Positions 20,970 through 30,460 of a stretch of 64,000 nt of DNA are shown here, in pieces (the first letter of the stretch is position 1; each line of letters starts with the position of its first letter). Origin of the DNA: Mycobacterium sp. (GTDB lineage: Bacteria > Actinomycetota > Actinomycetes > Mycobacteriales > Mycobacteriaceae); contig JAGQTV010000045.1 of assembly GCA_020438845.1 (NCBI GenBank), positions 16,235 through 80,234 of the forward strand, given 5' to 3'. The notes below the pieces were generated by a model. It had not been told where the DNA came from and searched no databases. It worked only from the letters and a program-made list of their open reading frames with translations. Made by a program: the position numbers and the translations under genes.

Positions 20970-21632
20970 ATGTCGTCGCCAGCGCAGAAACCCTCGACCC
21001 CGGGCTCGCAGCCGCGCGAGGTCATGCCGGTTTCGGTTCTGACCGAATCCGAACTGGGCTCGGAAGCCCAACGAGAACGGCGCAAACGAATCCTCGACGC
21101 GACCATGGCAATCGCCTCCAAAGGTGGCTATGAAGCGGTGCAGATGCGGGCGGTGGCAGACCGCGCAGACGTGGCGGTCGGGACGCTGTATCGCTACTTC
21201 CCCTCCAAGGTCCACCTGCTGGTCTCGGCACTCGGTCGAGAGTTCGAACGTATCGACGCCAAGACTGACCGCCCGGCGGTGACCGGAGGTACGCCCTACC
21301 AGCGGCTGAGTTCCATGGTGGGCAAGCTCAACCGGGCAATGCAACGCAACCCACTGCTCACCGAGGCCATGACCCGCGCCTACGTCTTCGCCGACGCCTC
21401 AGCAGCCGGTGAAGTGGACCACGTCGAGAAGATCATCGACGGCATGTTCGCCCGTGCCATGAGCGACGGCGACCCCACCGAGGACCAGTTTCACATCGCT
21501 CGGGTGATCTCCGATGTGTGGCTGTCCAACCTCCTGGCATGGCTCACCCGGAGGGCGTCGGCCAACGACGTCAGCAAGCGCCTGGACCTGGCAGTTCGGC
21601 TGCTCCTCGGCGATGGAGAAGCCCGATCCTGA
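20970..21632 (+). CDS. kstR: TetR-family cholesterol regulon repressor KstR
   Basis: ESELGSEAQRERRKRILDATMAIASKGGYEAVQMRAVA...GTLYRYFPSK matches remembered KstR; RBS GAAGGAG. Confidence 0.96.
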   Translation: MSSPAQKPSTPGSQPREVMPVSVLTESELGSEAQRERRKRILDATMAIASKGGYEAVQMRAVADRADVAVGTLYRYFPSKVHLLVSALGREFERIDAKTDRPAVTGGTPYQRLSSMVGKLNRAMQRNPLLTEAMTRAYVFADASAAGEVDHVEKIIDGMFARAMSDGDPTEDQFHIARVISDVWLSNLLAWLTRRASANDVSKRLDLAVRLLLGDGEARS

Positions 21633-21683
21633 GTCGGCCGCACCGTTAAGCAGCCCCGCAGGCCCCCCGAGATCAACTAGGCT

Positions 21684-21704
21684 TATCGGAAACGGTTTCC
21701 ATTT
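21684..21704. promoter_or_regulatory. Zur-like box TATCGGAAACGGTTTCCATTT
   Basis: Perfect inner palindrome GGAAAC-G-GTTTCC; about 16 of 20 positions fit a remembered actinobacterial Zur 10-1-10 consensus; directly upstream of a metal ABC operon. Confidence 0.55.
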
Positions 21705-21720
21705 AGGGTGGAGGGGTAGG

Positions 21721-22620
21721 TTGCGCGCGGCGATAGCGGTCACCTGCGCGGCAGCGCTGATCGCAGGTGGTGGCCTCAGCGCCTGTAGTCACGGAGCGAA
21801 CCGGACGGAAGTCGGCGCCAAACCGGACATCGTGGCGTCCGCCGACGTGTGGGGCAGTGTCGCGCAGGCAGTGGCCGGCGACGACGCAGACGTCCACTCG
21901 ATCATTCACACCGGTTCGGCCGATCCGCATTCCTATGAGGCCATCCCCGCCGACGCCGCGGCGATCTCCGACGCATCGCTGGTGGTGTACAACGGCGGCG
22001 GCTATGACGCCTGGGTCGACGGCGTGTTGGCACACTCCGACGTCCCCACCGTCGACGCCTACTCGCTGCTGGATGCCGCCGCACTCGGCGAACCGCAACC
22101 GGCCAACGAGCACGTTTTCTACGATCTGGGCACCGCCAAGGCGGTCGCCGAGCAGATCGCCGACAAGCTCGCCGTTGCGGACCCCACCCATTCCGGCGAG
22201 TATCATTCCCGGGCAAAGGAATTCGGCACAAAGGCAGATGCCATCCTTAACTCCGAACACTCCATCGGTACTGCGCATCCCGGTGCGGCGGTGGTTGCCA
22301 CCGAACCGGTCGCCCACTATCTGCTCCTGGCCGCGAAACTGACCGACAAGACTCCCAAAGGGTTCACCGCTGCGATCGAGCAGGACACCGACCCGGCACC
22401 GGTCGATGTCGCGGCGATGCTGGATCTGATCACCGAGCATCAGGTGGATGTCCTCATCTTCAACGACCAGACGGCGACCGCGGCCACCAAGCAGATCCGG
22501 GATGCCGCCCAGCGAGCCGGCGTACCGATCGTTGCCGTCACCGAGACCCTGCCAGCAGGATCCGACTACCTGAGCTGGCAGACCGACACCGCCAACCGCC
22601 TGGCCGAGGCGCTGCGGTGA
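21721..22620 (+). CDS. Zn/Mn ABC transporter substrate-binding lipoprotein (ZnuA-like)
   Basis: RBS GGAGG then TTG at 21721; lipobox LSAC; DPHSYE and NEHVFYD metal-binding His motifs. Confidence 0.85.
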   Translation: MRAAIAVTCAAALIAGGGLSACSHGANRTEVGAKPDIVASADVWGSVAQAVAGDDADVHSIIHTGSADPHSYEAIPADAAAISDASLVVYNGGGYDAWVDGVLAHSDVPTVDAYSLLDAAALGEPQPANEHVFYDLGTAKAVAEQIADKLAVADPTHSGEYHSRAKEFGTKADAILNSEHSIGTAHPGAAVVATEPVAHYLLLAAKLTDKTPKGFTAAIEQDTDPAPVDVAAMLDLITEHQVDVLIFNDQTATAATKQIRDAAQRAGVPIVAVTETLPAGSDYLSWQTDTANRLAEALR

Positions 22621-23429
22621 GCACCCCGGTCGTGGCCCTCAGGGGCGCCCGGCTGGCCTTCGGAGATCGGTTGCTGTGGGACCATCTCGATCTCACCGTG
22701 GCCGCCGGCGAGTTCATCGCGGTCCTCGGCCCCAACGGAACCGGTAAGACGTCGCTGCTGAAGGTTCTGCTCGGCCAGTTGCCGCTCAGCGCCGGGACCG
22801 CGCTGATCGCCGGGCGGACCGTGCAGTCGGGAAGTGAACTGATCGGCTATGTGCCCCAGCACCGGGCTGTCGACCGGGGGCTCAGCCTGCGCGGCTGCGA
22901 CATGGTGCAACTGGGCATCGACGGCCACCGCTGGGGCATTGCCCCGCTGCGACGCGCCGGCCGTATGCGGCGCCGCGAAGCGGTCACCCGGGCCTTGGCC
23001 CAGGTCCAGGCGGTCAGCTTGGCCAAGGTTCCGGTCGGGGTGATGTCCGGCGGGGAGTTGCAGCGGGTGCGCGTCGCCCAGGCCCTGGCCAGCGACCCGG
23101 TGCTTCTGCTCTGCGACGAGCCGCTGCTCAACCTGGACCCCGGCAACGCGCGGCTGGTCGCCGGCCTGATCGACCGCCGCCGCCGGACCGGCACCGCGGT
23201 TCTTTTCGTCACCCACGAGATCAACCCGGTACTGCCGTACGTCGACCGCATTCTCTACCTGGTGAACGGTAGGTTCCGGATCGGGACCGTCGGGGAGGTG
23301 ATGACCACCGAGACGCTGTCCGAGCTCTACCAAGCCGACATTCGGGTGATCCAGGTGGGCAACCGCTACGTCGTCGTCGGTGAACACCTCGACCACTCCG
23401 GGCACACTCTGGGGCACACCCATGACTGA
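22617..23429 (+). CDS. Metal ABC transporter ATP-binding protein
   Basis: Walker A GPNGTGKT, signature MSGGELQR, Walker B LLLCDEP. Confidence 0.9.
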   Translation: MSTPVVALRGARLAFGDRLLWDHLDLTVAAGEFIAVLGPNGTGKTSLLKVLLGQLPLSAGTALIAGRTVQSGSELIGYVPQHRAVDRGLSLRGCDMVQLGIDGHRWGIAPLRRAGRMRRREAVTRALAQVQAVSLAKVPVGVMSGGELQRVRVAQALASDPVLLLCDEPLLNLDPGNARLVAGLIDRRRRTGTAVLFVTHEINPVLPYVDRILYLVNGRFRIGTVGEVMTTETLSELYQADIRVIQVGNRYVVVGEHLDHSGHTLGHTHD

Positions 23430-24288
23430 CAAGCTCCGACACGTCCTGGACAACCTCTTCTCCTTCGAGGTCACCGCCGACCTGCTGGGTAGAGACTTCG
23501 TGCAGAAGGCTCTGCTGGCGGCGGCGCTCCTGGCGTTGGTGGCAGGGTTGATCGGCCCGTTCATCGTGATGCGGCAGATGTCCTTCGCGGTGCACGGATC
23601 CAGCGAATTGTCGCTGACCGGCGCAGCGTTCGCGTTGTTGGCCGGGCTCAACGTCGGTTTGGGAGCTCTGGTCGGAAGTGCCTTGGCAGCAATTCTTTTC
23701 GGAGTCCTGGGCCAACGGGTCCGAGAACGCGACTCCGCCATCGGGGTGGTGATGGCCTTCGGGCTGGGCCTGGCGGTGCTGTTCATCCACCTCTATCCCG
23801 GCCGTGCCGGAACGAGTTTCGCACTGCTGACCGGTCAGATCGTCGGGGTGGGTTACTCGGGCCTGGCCCTGTTGATCGCAGTCACCGTGGCGGTGGTCGT
23901 GGTCCTTGCTGTGACCTACCGGCCACTGCTCTTCGCCACGGCCGATCCGGAGGTGGCCGCGGCGCGCGGGGTACCAGTTCGGGCATTGGGAATCGTGTTC
24001 GCCGCCCTGGTCGGTGTTGTTGCGGCCCAAGGCGTGCAGATTGTGGGCGCGTTGTTGGTGATGTCTCTGCTGATCACTCCGGCGGCCGCGGCGGCCCAGG
24101 TCTTCACGTCGCCGATGGCGACGATGGCCGCTTCGGTGGCTTTCGCCGAGCTGTCAGCGGTGGGTGGAATCCTGCTCTCCCTGGCCCCCGGTGTGCCGGT
24201 GTCGGTGTTCGTCACCACCATTTCGTTCCTGATCTATCTGATGTGCTGGGCGATCGGCCGACGCCGCCACAATCCCGCGGCCGCTTAG
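23422..24288 (+). CDS. Metal ABC transporter permease (ABC-3 family)
   Basis: VMRQMSFAVHGSSEL and VQIVGALLVMSLLITPAAAA motifs; hydrophobic. Confidence 0.88.
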   Translation: MTDKLRHVLDNLFSFEVTADLLGRDFVQKALLAAALLALVAGLIGPFIVMRQMSFAVHGSSELSLTGAAFALLAGLNVGLGALVGSALAAILFGVLGQRVRERDSAIGVVMAFGLGLAVLFIHLYPGRAGTSFALLTGQIVGVGYSGLALLIAVTVAVVVVLAVTYRPLLFATADPEVAAARGVPVRALGIVFAALVGVVAAQGVQIVGALLVMSLLITPAAAAAQVFTSPMATMAASVAFAELSAVGGILLSLAPGVPVSVFVTTISFLIYLMCWAIGRRRHNPAAA

Positions 24289-24298
24289 GCTGGGTCCC

Positions 24299-25057
24299 GT
24301 GCCGACCGTCGACCTCAATGCCGATCTCGCGGAGGGATTCGGGGTGTGGGAACTCGGTGCCGATGACGCCATGCTCGACATCGTCACCAGTGCCAACCTC
24401 GCTTGCGGCTTCCACGCCGGGAACCCCGTAGGACTCGCCCGGACCTGCCGTGCTGCCGCCGACCGCGGCGTCCGGATCGGAGCCCAGGTCGGCTACTTCG
24501 ACCTCGCCGGATTCGGCCGCCGCCGAATCGAGGTGGATCCCGACGAACTTGCTGCCGACGTCGTCTACCAGATCGGAGCGTTGCAGGCCCTGGCCCACAC
24601 TGCCGGCTCAACCCTGGCATACGTGAAACCTCATGGAGCGCTGTACAACACGATCGTCGACAATCGAGAGCAGGCCCGGGCGGTCGCGGAGGCCGTACAC
24701 GCCGTAGACCCGGGGTTGCCGGTACTCGGACTGGTCGGGTCGGCTTTCTTCACCGAAGCCGCCCGACTCGGTCTGCGGACGGTGGCCGAGGCCTTCGCCG
24801 ACCGCGCTTATCAGCCCGACGGCCGCCTGGTGTCACGACGCGAGCAAGGTGCGGTTCTGCATGACCCGGACGTGATCGCCGAACGGGTGGTGGCGATGGT
24901 CGGGGCCGGCCAGGTTACGGCAGTAGACGGATCAGTTGTGGACATCGAGGTGGAATCGGTCTGCGTCCATGGCGATTCGCCCGGGGCGGTCGATATCGCC
25001 GCCGCCGTGCGACGTAATCTCCTCGCGGCGGGGGTTGAACTGGCGGCGTTCACCTGA
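24299..25057 (+). CDS. pxpA: LamB/YcsF family protein (5-oxoprolinase subunit A)
   Basis: DLNADLAEGFG, SANLACGFHAG, VKPHGALYN, EAFADRAY and SVCVHGD motifs. Confidence 0.88.
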   Translation: MPTVDLNADLAEGFGVWELGADDAMLDIVTSANLACGFHAGNPVGLARTCRAAADRGVRIGAQVGYFDLAGFGRRRIEVDPDELAADVVYQIGALQALAHTAGSTLAYVKPHGALYNTIVDNREQARAVAEAVHAVDPGLPVLGLVGSAFFTEAARLGLRTVAEAFADRAYQPDGRLVSRREQGAVLHDPDVIAERVVAMVGAGQVTAVDGSVVDIEVESVCVHGDSPGAVDIAAAVRRNLLAAGVELAAFT

Positions 25058-25977
25058 TGCGGGCCAAGTTCGGACGGCCCGACCTGGGCCGCTACCAGGA
25101 TCGGTTCGACGTGCCCGGCGCGAATTCCGGCTCGCCGGTGACCCTCACCTGGATAGGCGTCTCGACGTTGCTTATCGACGACGGCACTACTGCTCTGATG
25201 ACCGATGGGTTCTTCTCCCGGCCAAGCCTTTTCGAGGTCGCGGCGCGGCGGATCAGTCCCTCACACGTGGTGATCGACGACGCTCTGGCACGCGCCGGCA
25301 TCACCCGGCTGGCCGCCGTGCTTCCAGTGCACACGCATTATGACCACGCTTTGGACAGCGCGGTGGTCGCTGCACGCACCGGCGCGGTCATCGTCGGCGG
25401 CCGGTCGGCCGCGAATATCGCTCGCGGGCAAGGCCTTCCCGAGGCACGGATCGTGGTGGTCGAGCCGGGCATCTCGCTGCGTTTCGGGGAGTTCGAATTA
25501 CGACTGCTCAACTCTGAACACTGCCCGCCCGATCGATTCCCTGGCGAGATCACCGAACCGGTAGTGCCTCCGGCCAAGGCCGCGGCCTACCGCTGCGGCG
25601 AAGCGTGGTCGATACTGGTCCACCACCGGTCCAGCGATCGGCGGCTACTGATCCAGGGCAGCGCCGGCTTCGTTCCCGGTGCATTGGCCGGCATGCGCGC
25701 CGAGGTCGCCTACCTCGGCGTGGGCCAACTGGGGTTGCAGTCGCCTGACTACATCGAGCAGTACTGGAATGAAACCGTTCGGACCGTGGGCGCGCAACGC
25801 GTGGTGTTGATCCACTGGGACGACTTCTTCAGGCCGCTGTCCAAGCCGCTAAGGGCCATACCGTTCGCCGGCGACAACCTCGACGCCACGATGCGAGTCC
25901 TGGGGGCGATGGCCGACCAGGATCGCGTTGCACTGAATTTTCCGACGGTCTGGCAGCGCGCCGACCCCTGGGCCTGA
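25057..25977 (+). CDS. Metallo-beta-lactamase-fold hydrolase (Rv3577-like)
   Basis: HTHYDH metal motif, TDGFFSRP and IHWDDFF; synteny before arsB2. Confidence 0.8.
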   Translation: MRAKFGRPDLGRYQDRFDVPGANSGSPVTLTWIGVSTLLIDDGTTALMTDGFFSRPSLFEVAARRISPSHVVIDDALARAGITRLAAVLPVHTHYDHALDSAVVAARTGAVIVGGRSAANIARGQGLPEARIVVVEPGISLRFGEFELRLLNSEHCPPDRFPGEITEPVVPPAKAAAYRCGEAWSILVHHRSSDRRLLIQGSAGFVPGALAGMRAEVAYLGVGQLGLQSPDYIEQYWNETVRTVGAQRVVLIHWDDFFRPLSKPLRAIPFAGDNLDATMRVLGAMADQDRVALNFPTVWQRADPWA

Positions 25978-25980
25978 GCC

Positions 25981-27219
25981 GTGAGTGCCGCCCTGGCGCT
26001 CTCCTTGGTGCTTCTCGCCGCGGTCTTGGCGTCATCGGTGTCCCGGTGGTCGGAGGTCCTCGTCGCCGTTCCAGCGGCAGCGCTCCTGACCAGTGTCGGT
26101 GTGGTTTCCTGGGCCGACGCGCGGGCGGAAGTCGACCGCTTGCTGCCGGTGGTCGCGTTCCTGGGAACGCTTCTGGTACTCGCCTCTGTCTGCGTCGACG
26201 AGGGCCTGTTCCAGGCTTTCGGTGCCTGGATGGCGCGTTCGAGTCCTGGCCAGCCCCGCAAGCTCCTGCGGAAGGTGTTCGCATTGGCGGCGGCCACCAC
26301 CGCGGTACTCAGCCTGGATGCCACCGTGGTGCTGCTGACACCGGTTGTTCTCGGTGCGGCCCGAACATTGCGAGTGAAAACCAGACCGCACGCCTACGCG
26401 ACGGTGCATCTGGCGAACACCGCGTCGCTGCTGCTGCCGGTGTCCAACCTCACCAACCTGCTTGCATTCAGCGCTTCCGGTCTGTCGTTCACTCGGTTCA
26501 GCATGCTGATGGCCGGCCCCTGGCTGGCCGTGGTGGTGGTCGAATATCTCCTCTTCCGGATCGCCTTCCGGGCCGATCTCACCGATCGGGATTCCGGCGA
26601 TCGTCCGGCGCCAGGCCAGCCGGTTCCGGTCTTTGTTCTGGCTGTCCTGGCGCTCACTCTCGCCGGCTTCGCCGTGACGTCCTTATGCGGGCTCTCCCCG
26701 GCATGGGCCGCGCTGGCGGGTGCAGTGGTGCTGGGCGCCCGCTCGATAGCGCAGCGCCGCAGCACGGTCGGCGGCTTGGCGCGCTCGGCCAATATTCCCT
26801 TCCTGATCTTTGTGCTGGCGCTGGGCATCGTCGTGAAAGCGGTTCTGGGCAGCGGAGGGGATGGGTTCGTACGCCGCCTACTGCCCCACGGCGCCGGACT
26901 GCTGAGCCTGCTGGCCATCGCCGGAATTGCGGCGCTGCTGGCCAATGCAGTTAACAACCTCCCGGCGACCCTGGTGCTTCTGGCGCCGTTGTCGGCGTCC
27001 GGTCCGGGGCCGATCCTCGCGGTCCTGATCGGAGTGAACATCGGGCCGAACCTGACATACGTCGGTTCGCTGGCCAACCTGCTGTGGCGCCGGGTGTTAC
27101 ATCAGCGCGGCGAGCAGACAAGGGTCGGGGAATTCACCCGGCTGGGCCTGCTTACCGTTCCGGTGTGCCTGCTGGTCGGCGTGGTCGTGTTGTGGGCGCT
27201 TCTCCGAATTCTGGAATAA
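25981..27219 (+). CDS. arsB2: ArsB/NhaD-family membrane transporter (Rv3578-like)
   Basis: SLDATVVLLTP, LLPVSNLTNL, NNLPA and GVNIGPNLT motifs. Confidence 0.8.
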   Translation: MSAALALSLVLLAAVLASSVSRWSEVLVAVPAAALLTSVGVVSWADARAEVDRLLPVVAFLGTLLVLASVCVDEGLFQAFGAWMARSSPGQPRKLLRKVFALAAATTAVLSLDATVVLLTPVVLGAARTLRVKTRPHAYATVHLANTASLLLPVSNLTNLLAFSASGLSFTRFSMLMAGPWLAVVVVEYLLFRIAFRADLTDRDSGDRPAPGQPVPVFVLAVLALTLAGFAVTSLCGLSPAWAALAGAVVLGARSIAQRRSTVGGLARSANIPFLIFVLALGIVVKAVLGSGGDGFVRRLLPHGAGLLSLLAIAGIAALLANAVNNLPATLVLLAPLSASGPGPILAVLIGVNIGPNLTYVGSLANLLWRRVLHQRGEQTRVGEFTRLGLLTVPVCLLVGVVVLWALLRILE

Positions 27220-27262
27220 CGGCGGCGGCGCCCTTCCGTAGTCGGGCTGGATGAACAGCCCG

Positions 27263-29398
27263 TCACACTGTCGTCGACCAGATCTGCCATCCGACGGTGG
27301 GATCGGCTGCCAGCCCTAACACATCAACCGCCTCGAACCCACCGATCGGAATCGTGTTCAGCTCTTGTCTGAGGGCCGTGTAGTCCAAACCTGTCCACCC
27401 GTTGCTCATGACCAACAGCCCGGCACCGTCCACTCCCGGCGCCATCGAGTCGTACACAACGGCGCCGTGTTCCTGCAGGGCGCGTAACACCACCTGGGTG
27501 GACGGGTCGTACCCGCTGATGTCGAAATCTGCCCGTAGCCGTAACACCGTGCCCATCGGAACACCGTCGGGATTGGTGCCGGTGCCGTCACCGGACCGGG
27601 CCGGCCAGGCGTAGCCGGTGCCCTTGTCCTTGGCGATCACGATGCCGAGCATGTGGTCGATCGAGCCCCGTTCAATGTCATCGGGCCGCAGGATCAGCGG
27701 CAGGTAGGGCAGCTTCGAGGCGTTTGCCCAGCCCTGGACTGGGTACAGCGCGGAGTTCATGTCGTAGTGCACACCTGCTTCGGCGATCCAGGATGAGCCC
27801 CAGATAGCTGCGTAAATAGCATTGGCTGCGGCGTCACCGATACCCGCGGCCGGTAGTTCGACCCCGTTGGCGACGTTGTAGAGCTCCTGGGAGATACACG
27901 TTCCCTCTTGGAAGACCAGCAGATGGCGATCCCAGGCCGGCACGTCCGGCATGCCCTCCACCAGCGGACGGTCCGGAATGGCGTAGGGGCTGTCGTCGAT
28001 GCTGGGCCCGGAGGTCGAGTAACCGCGGTTGAAGATCACGATCTCGGTGGGTTGGGTTGCGCTCACGGTGTTCACCGGCATGCCGCCGGTACTGCCCATC
28101 CACGGTTCGCCGCCCCACGTCGCCCGCAGGGTAGCGCTGCGCTCACCCCCGAGTAGATCGATCCAGGTCGACGATTGCGCCAAGGTCGGGAGATTGCGCA
28201 CGTCGGCATGGAAAATCGTGTCTTCCGGCATCAGCGTGCACCTGCAGAACGTCGACAGTTCCGCGCTGACAACGAGCCGCACTGTCACCGGAACCATCAC
28301 GGCACCGCCTCGGCCGTCGTCGATACTGACGGTGAAGACGTCCAGCTTGTCAGCGGCGGTGGCATTGGGAGCCGTAGCACCCAGCCGCGCCTCCTCGGTC
28401 GGCAAGTAGGTGAAATTTCCACCGGCGGCGACACTGACGACCCCTTTGGCCGTGTTGGTCGATCCGGTGAACGTCAACGGGTCGCCGTCGGGGTCAGTGC
28501 CCACAACCGATCCACTGACCGCACCGGTTTCTGGGTCCGGGTCGCCGACGACCGCATATCCGGTGGGCAGATTGTTGAACGGAGCGACGTTGACGGCCAC
28601 GGTTGTGATGCTGGTGTGCCCGGCCTGGCCGACGAGACCGAAAGTAAGCGAATTGATCAAGCCGGCCAGTCCATGGAAATGCACTCCGCTTGCGGCATCA
28701 CTAACCGTCACCCTGAATGAGTCACTGGTTCCGGCGGTGGCAGTCGATGGATCCGGCAGGTAGGTGTAGCTTCCGTCGGTCCCGACGGATACCGTTCCGT
28801 GTTCAGGGGTTCCGGTGAGGGTGTAACTGAGGACAGCGCTGTCGGGGTCGGTGGCGCCCAGAATGCCGGTGACGACACCGTTCGCGCCCTGCCCGGTCTG
28901 GCCAGGGTGCAGCGCGGGTCGCTGGTTCGAGAACACGGCCGCCAGGCCGGACAGGAACCCGGCGACCGGAGCTCCAGCCGCCTGTGCGCTGGCGACTGGA
29001 TCCAGCACCTGACCGGTCGACAACATTGCAGCTGGTCGCGTGGCGGTCCGCGACTGACCGAGCACGCGGGCGGAGGCACCCAACACCGTCCACGACGCCG
29101 GCAACTCGACCAGCCTCCCAAGCCGCGACCCTGCCGACGCAGTGACGGAGCCGGCGATCCTCCGTGGTTGGGGCACCGATGCGGCGCCCGAGGAGGTCTG
29201 CGGTCGGTCCGGCCGAGAACTCGGCCGGCTGCCGTCACGGGGGTGTGCAGCGGTGGCGGCTGAGGCCGAGTGTGAGCGAGTTGCCGAGCCGTCTGAGGGC
29301 TCAGCCGTGGCGATTCCGGAGCCGCCCGCAACCACCGCCGCGCCGGCTCCGACCAGGATTGCCAGACCGCCCACACGTCCCAGCCGACTGCTCAACAC
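27263..29398 (-). CDS. Secreted protein: leader, low-complexity linker, two Ig/cadherin-like repeats and an uncharacterised C-terminal domain
   Basis: RBS AAAGGAG then GTG at 29398; GRVGGLAILVGAG...ATA-EP signal; ATDPDSAVLSY...GSYTY and GTDPDGDPLTF...GNFTY repeats. Confidence 0.78.
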   Translation of the reverse strand: MLSSRLGRVGGLAILVGAGAAVVAGGSGIATAEPSDGSATRSHSASAATAAHPRDGSRPSSRPDRPQTSSGAASVPQPRRIAGSVTASAGSRLGRLVELPASWTVLGASARVLGQSRTATRPAAMLSTGQVLDPVASAQAAGAPVAGFLSGLAAVFSNQRPALHPGQTGQGANGVVTGILGATDPDSAVLSYTLTGTPEHGTVSVGTDGSYTYLPDPSTATAGTSDSFRVTVSDAASGVHFHGLAGLINSLTFGLVGQAGHTSITTVAVNVAPFNNLPTGYAVVGDPDPETGAVSGSVVGTDPDGDPLTFTGSTNTAKGVVSVAAGGNFTYLPTEEARLGATAPNATAADKLDVFTVSIDDGRGGAVMVPVTVRLVVSAELSTFCRCTLMPEDTIFHADVRNLPTLAQSSTWIDLLGGERSATLRATWGGEPWMGSTGGMPVNTVSATQPTEIVIFNRGYSTSGPSIDDSPYAIPDRPLVEGMPDVPAWDRHLLVFQEGTCISQELYNVANGVELPAAGIGDAAANAIYAAIWGSSWIAEAGVHYDMNSALYPVQGWANASKLPYLPLILRPDDIERGSIDHMLGIVIAKDKGTGYAWPARSGDGTGTNPDGVPMGTVLRLRADFDISGYDPSTQVVLRALQEHGAVVYDSMAPGVDGAGLLVMSNGWTGLDYTALRQELNTIPIGGFEAVDVLGLAADPTVGWQIWSTTV

Positions 29399-29403
29399 CT
29401 TTG

Positions 29404-29423
29404 GAACTCCTTTGCTGGAGTTC
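29404..29423 (-). promoter_or_regulatory. 7-bp hairpin covering the RBS of the Ig-like gene
   Basis: mRNA GAACUCC-AGCAAA-GGAGUUC, 5 nt before the GUG. Confidence 0.45.
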
Positions 29424-29509
29424 TGATGGTAGGCCTTCAGCACCTGTTTGAACTCGGTTATTGCCGAATTTCCATTCTCTCACAGCATTGCCAGGCCGGA
29501 GCCCAAACG

Positions 29510-30460
29510 TTAACGTCGGCGCTGGCGTGCGATCTCGGCGAGCACCACTCCCGCCGCCACGGACGCGTTCAGCGACTCCGCGGGCCCGGCCATCGGGATC
29601 GAAATCACCGCGTCGCAATTCTGACGTACAAGTCGCGACAAGCCCTTGCCCTCAGATCCGACGACGACCACCACCGGCCCGGTTCCGTCGAACTCATCGA
29701 TGGTGGTGTCACCGTCGGCGTCGAGCCCGACAACCTGGACCCCGGCGTCGGCCCACTCCTTCAGTGTCCGGTTGAGATTGGTGGCACGCGCAATCGGCAC
29801 CCGCGCCGCGGCACCCGCGCTGGTACGCCAGGCCACTGCCGTCACCGAAGCGGAGCGGCGTTGCGGGATAAGCACACCGTGGCCGGCGAAGGCCGCCACC
29901 GACCGCACGATTGCCCCGAGATTGCGCGGGTCGGAGATATTGTCCAGCGCCACCAGCAGTGCCGGCTGCACAGCATCAGAGGTTGCTTCCGCCAACAGGT
30001 CGTCGGGATGGGCGTAGGCGTACGGCGGCACCTGCAGAGCGATCCCCTGGTGCAGGCCGTTGGCGCTCATCCGATCCAGATCACTGCGTGGAACTTCCAG
30101 GATCGGGATACCGCGGTCGGCGGCCAACGTCACCGACTCGGTGAATCGCTCGTCAGCCTCTGCTCCCAAAGCGACGTAGAGCGCGGAGGCCGGAGCGTGG
30201 GCCCGCAGACACTCCAGGACCGGGTTACGGCCCAAGACCACCTCGGTCTCGTCGCTGGGCTTTCCAGCGGGTCTGCCCGCGGCCTTGCGGGCCTTCGCTG
30301 CGGCCTGTCGTGCGGCCGGGTGCCCGGGGCGCATGTGCGCTGGCGGGGTAGCCCCACGACCTTCGAGCCCCCGCCGCCGCACGCCCCCCGACCCGACCGT
30401 CGGCCCCTTCTTAGAACCTTCCTTGCGGATCGCGCCCCGTCGACGTGAATTACCGGCCAT
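29510..30460 (-). CDS. rlmB: 23S rRNA 2'-O-methyltransferase, SpoU/TrmH family (Rv3579c-like)
   Basis: [13 protein letters not shown] start; [18 protein letters not shown] and [10 protein letters not shown] motifs. Confidence 0.9.
   Translation of the reverse strand: MAGNSRRRGAIRKEGSKKGPTVGSGGVRRRGLEGRGATPPAHMRPGHPAARQAAAKARKAAGRPAGKPSDETEVVLGRNPVLECLRAHAPASALYVALGAEADERFTESVTLAADRGIPILEVPRSDLDRMSANGLHQGIALQVPPYAYAHPDDLLAEATSDAVQPALLVALDNISDPRNLGAIVRSVAAFAGHGVLIPQRRSASVTAVAWRTSAGAAARVPIARATNLNRTLKEWADAGVQVVGLDADGDTTIDEFDGTGPVVVVVGSEGKGLSRLVRQNCDAVISIPMAGPAESLNASVAAGVVLAEIARQRRR

Noticed and set aside
25057-25977. MBL-fold gene (and lpqF at 41787-43133) as acquired beta-lactam resistance genes
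   Set aside because: Both are syntenic core mycobacterial genes, with no mobile context and no evidence of beta-lactamase specificity.
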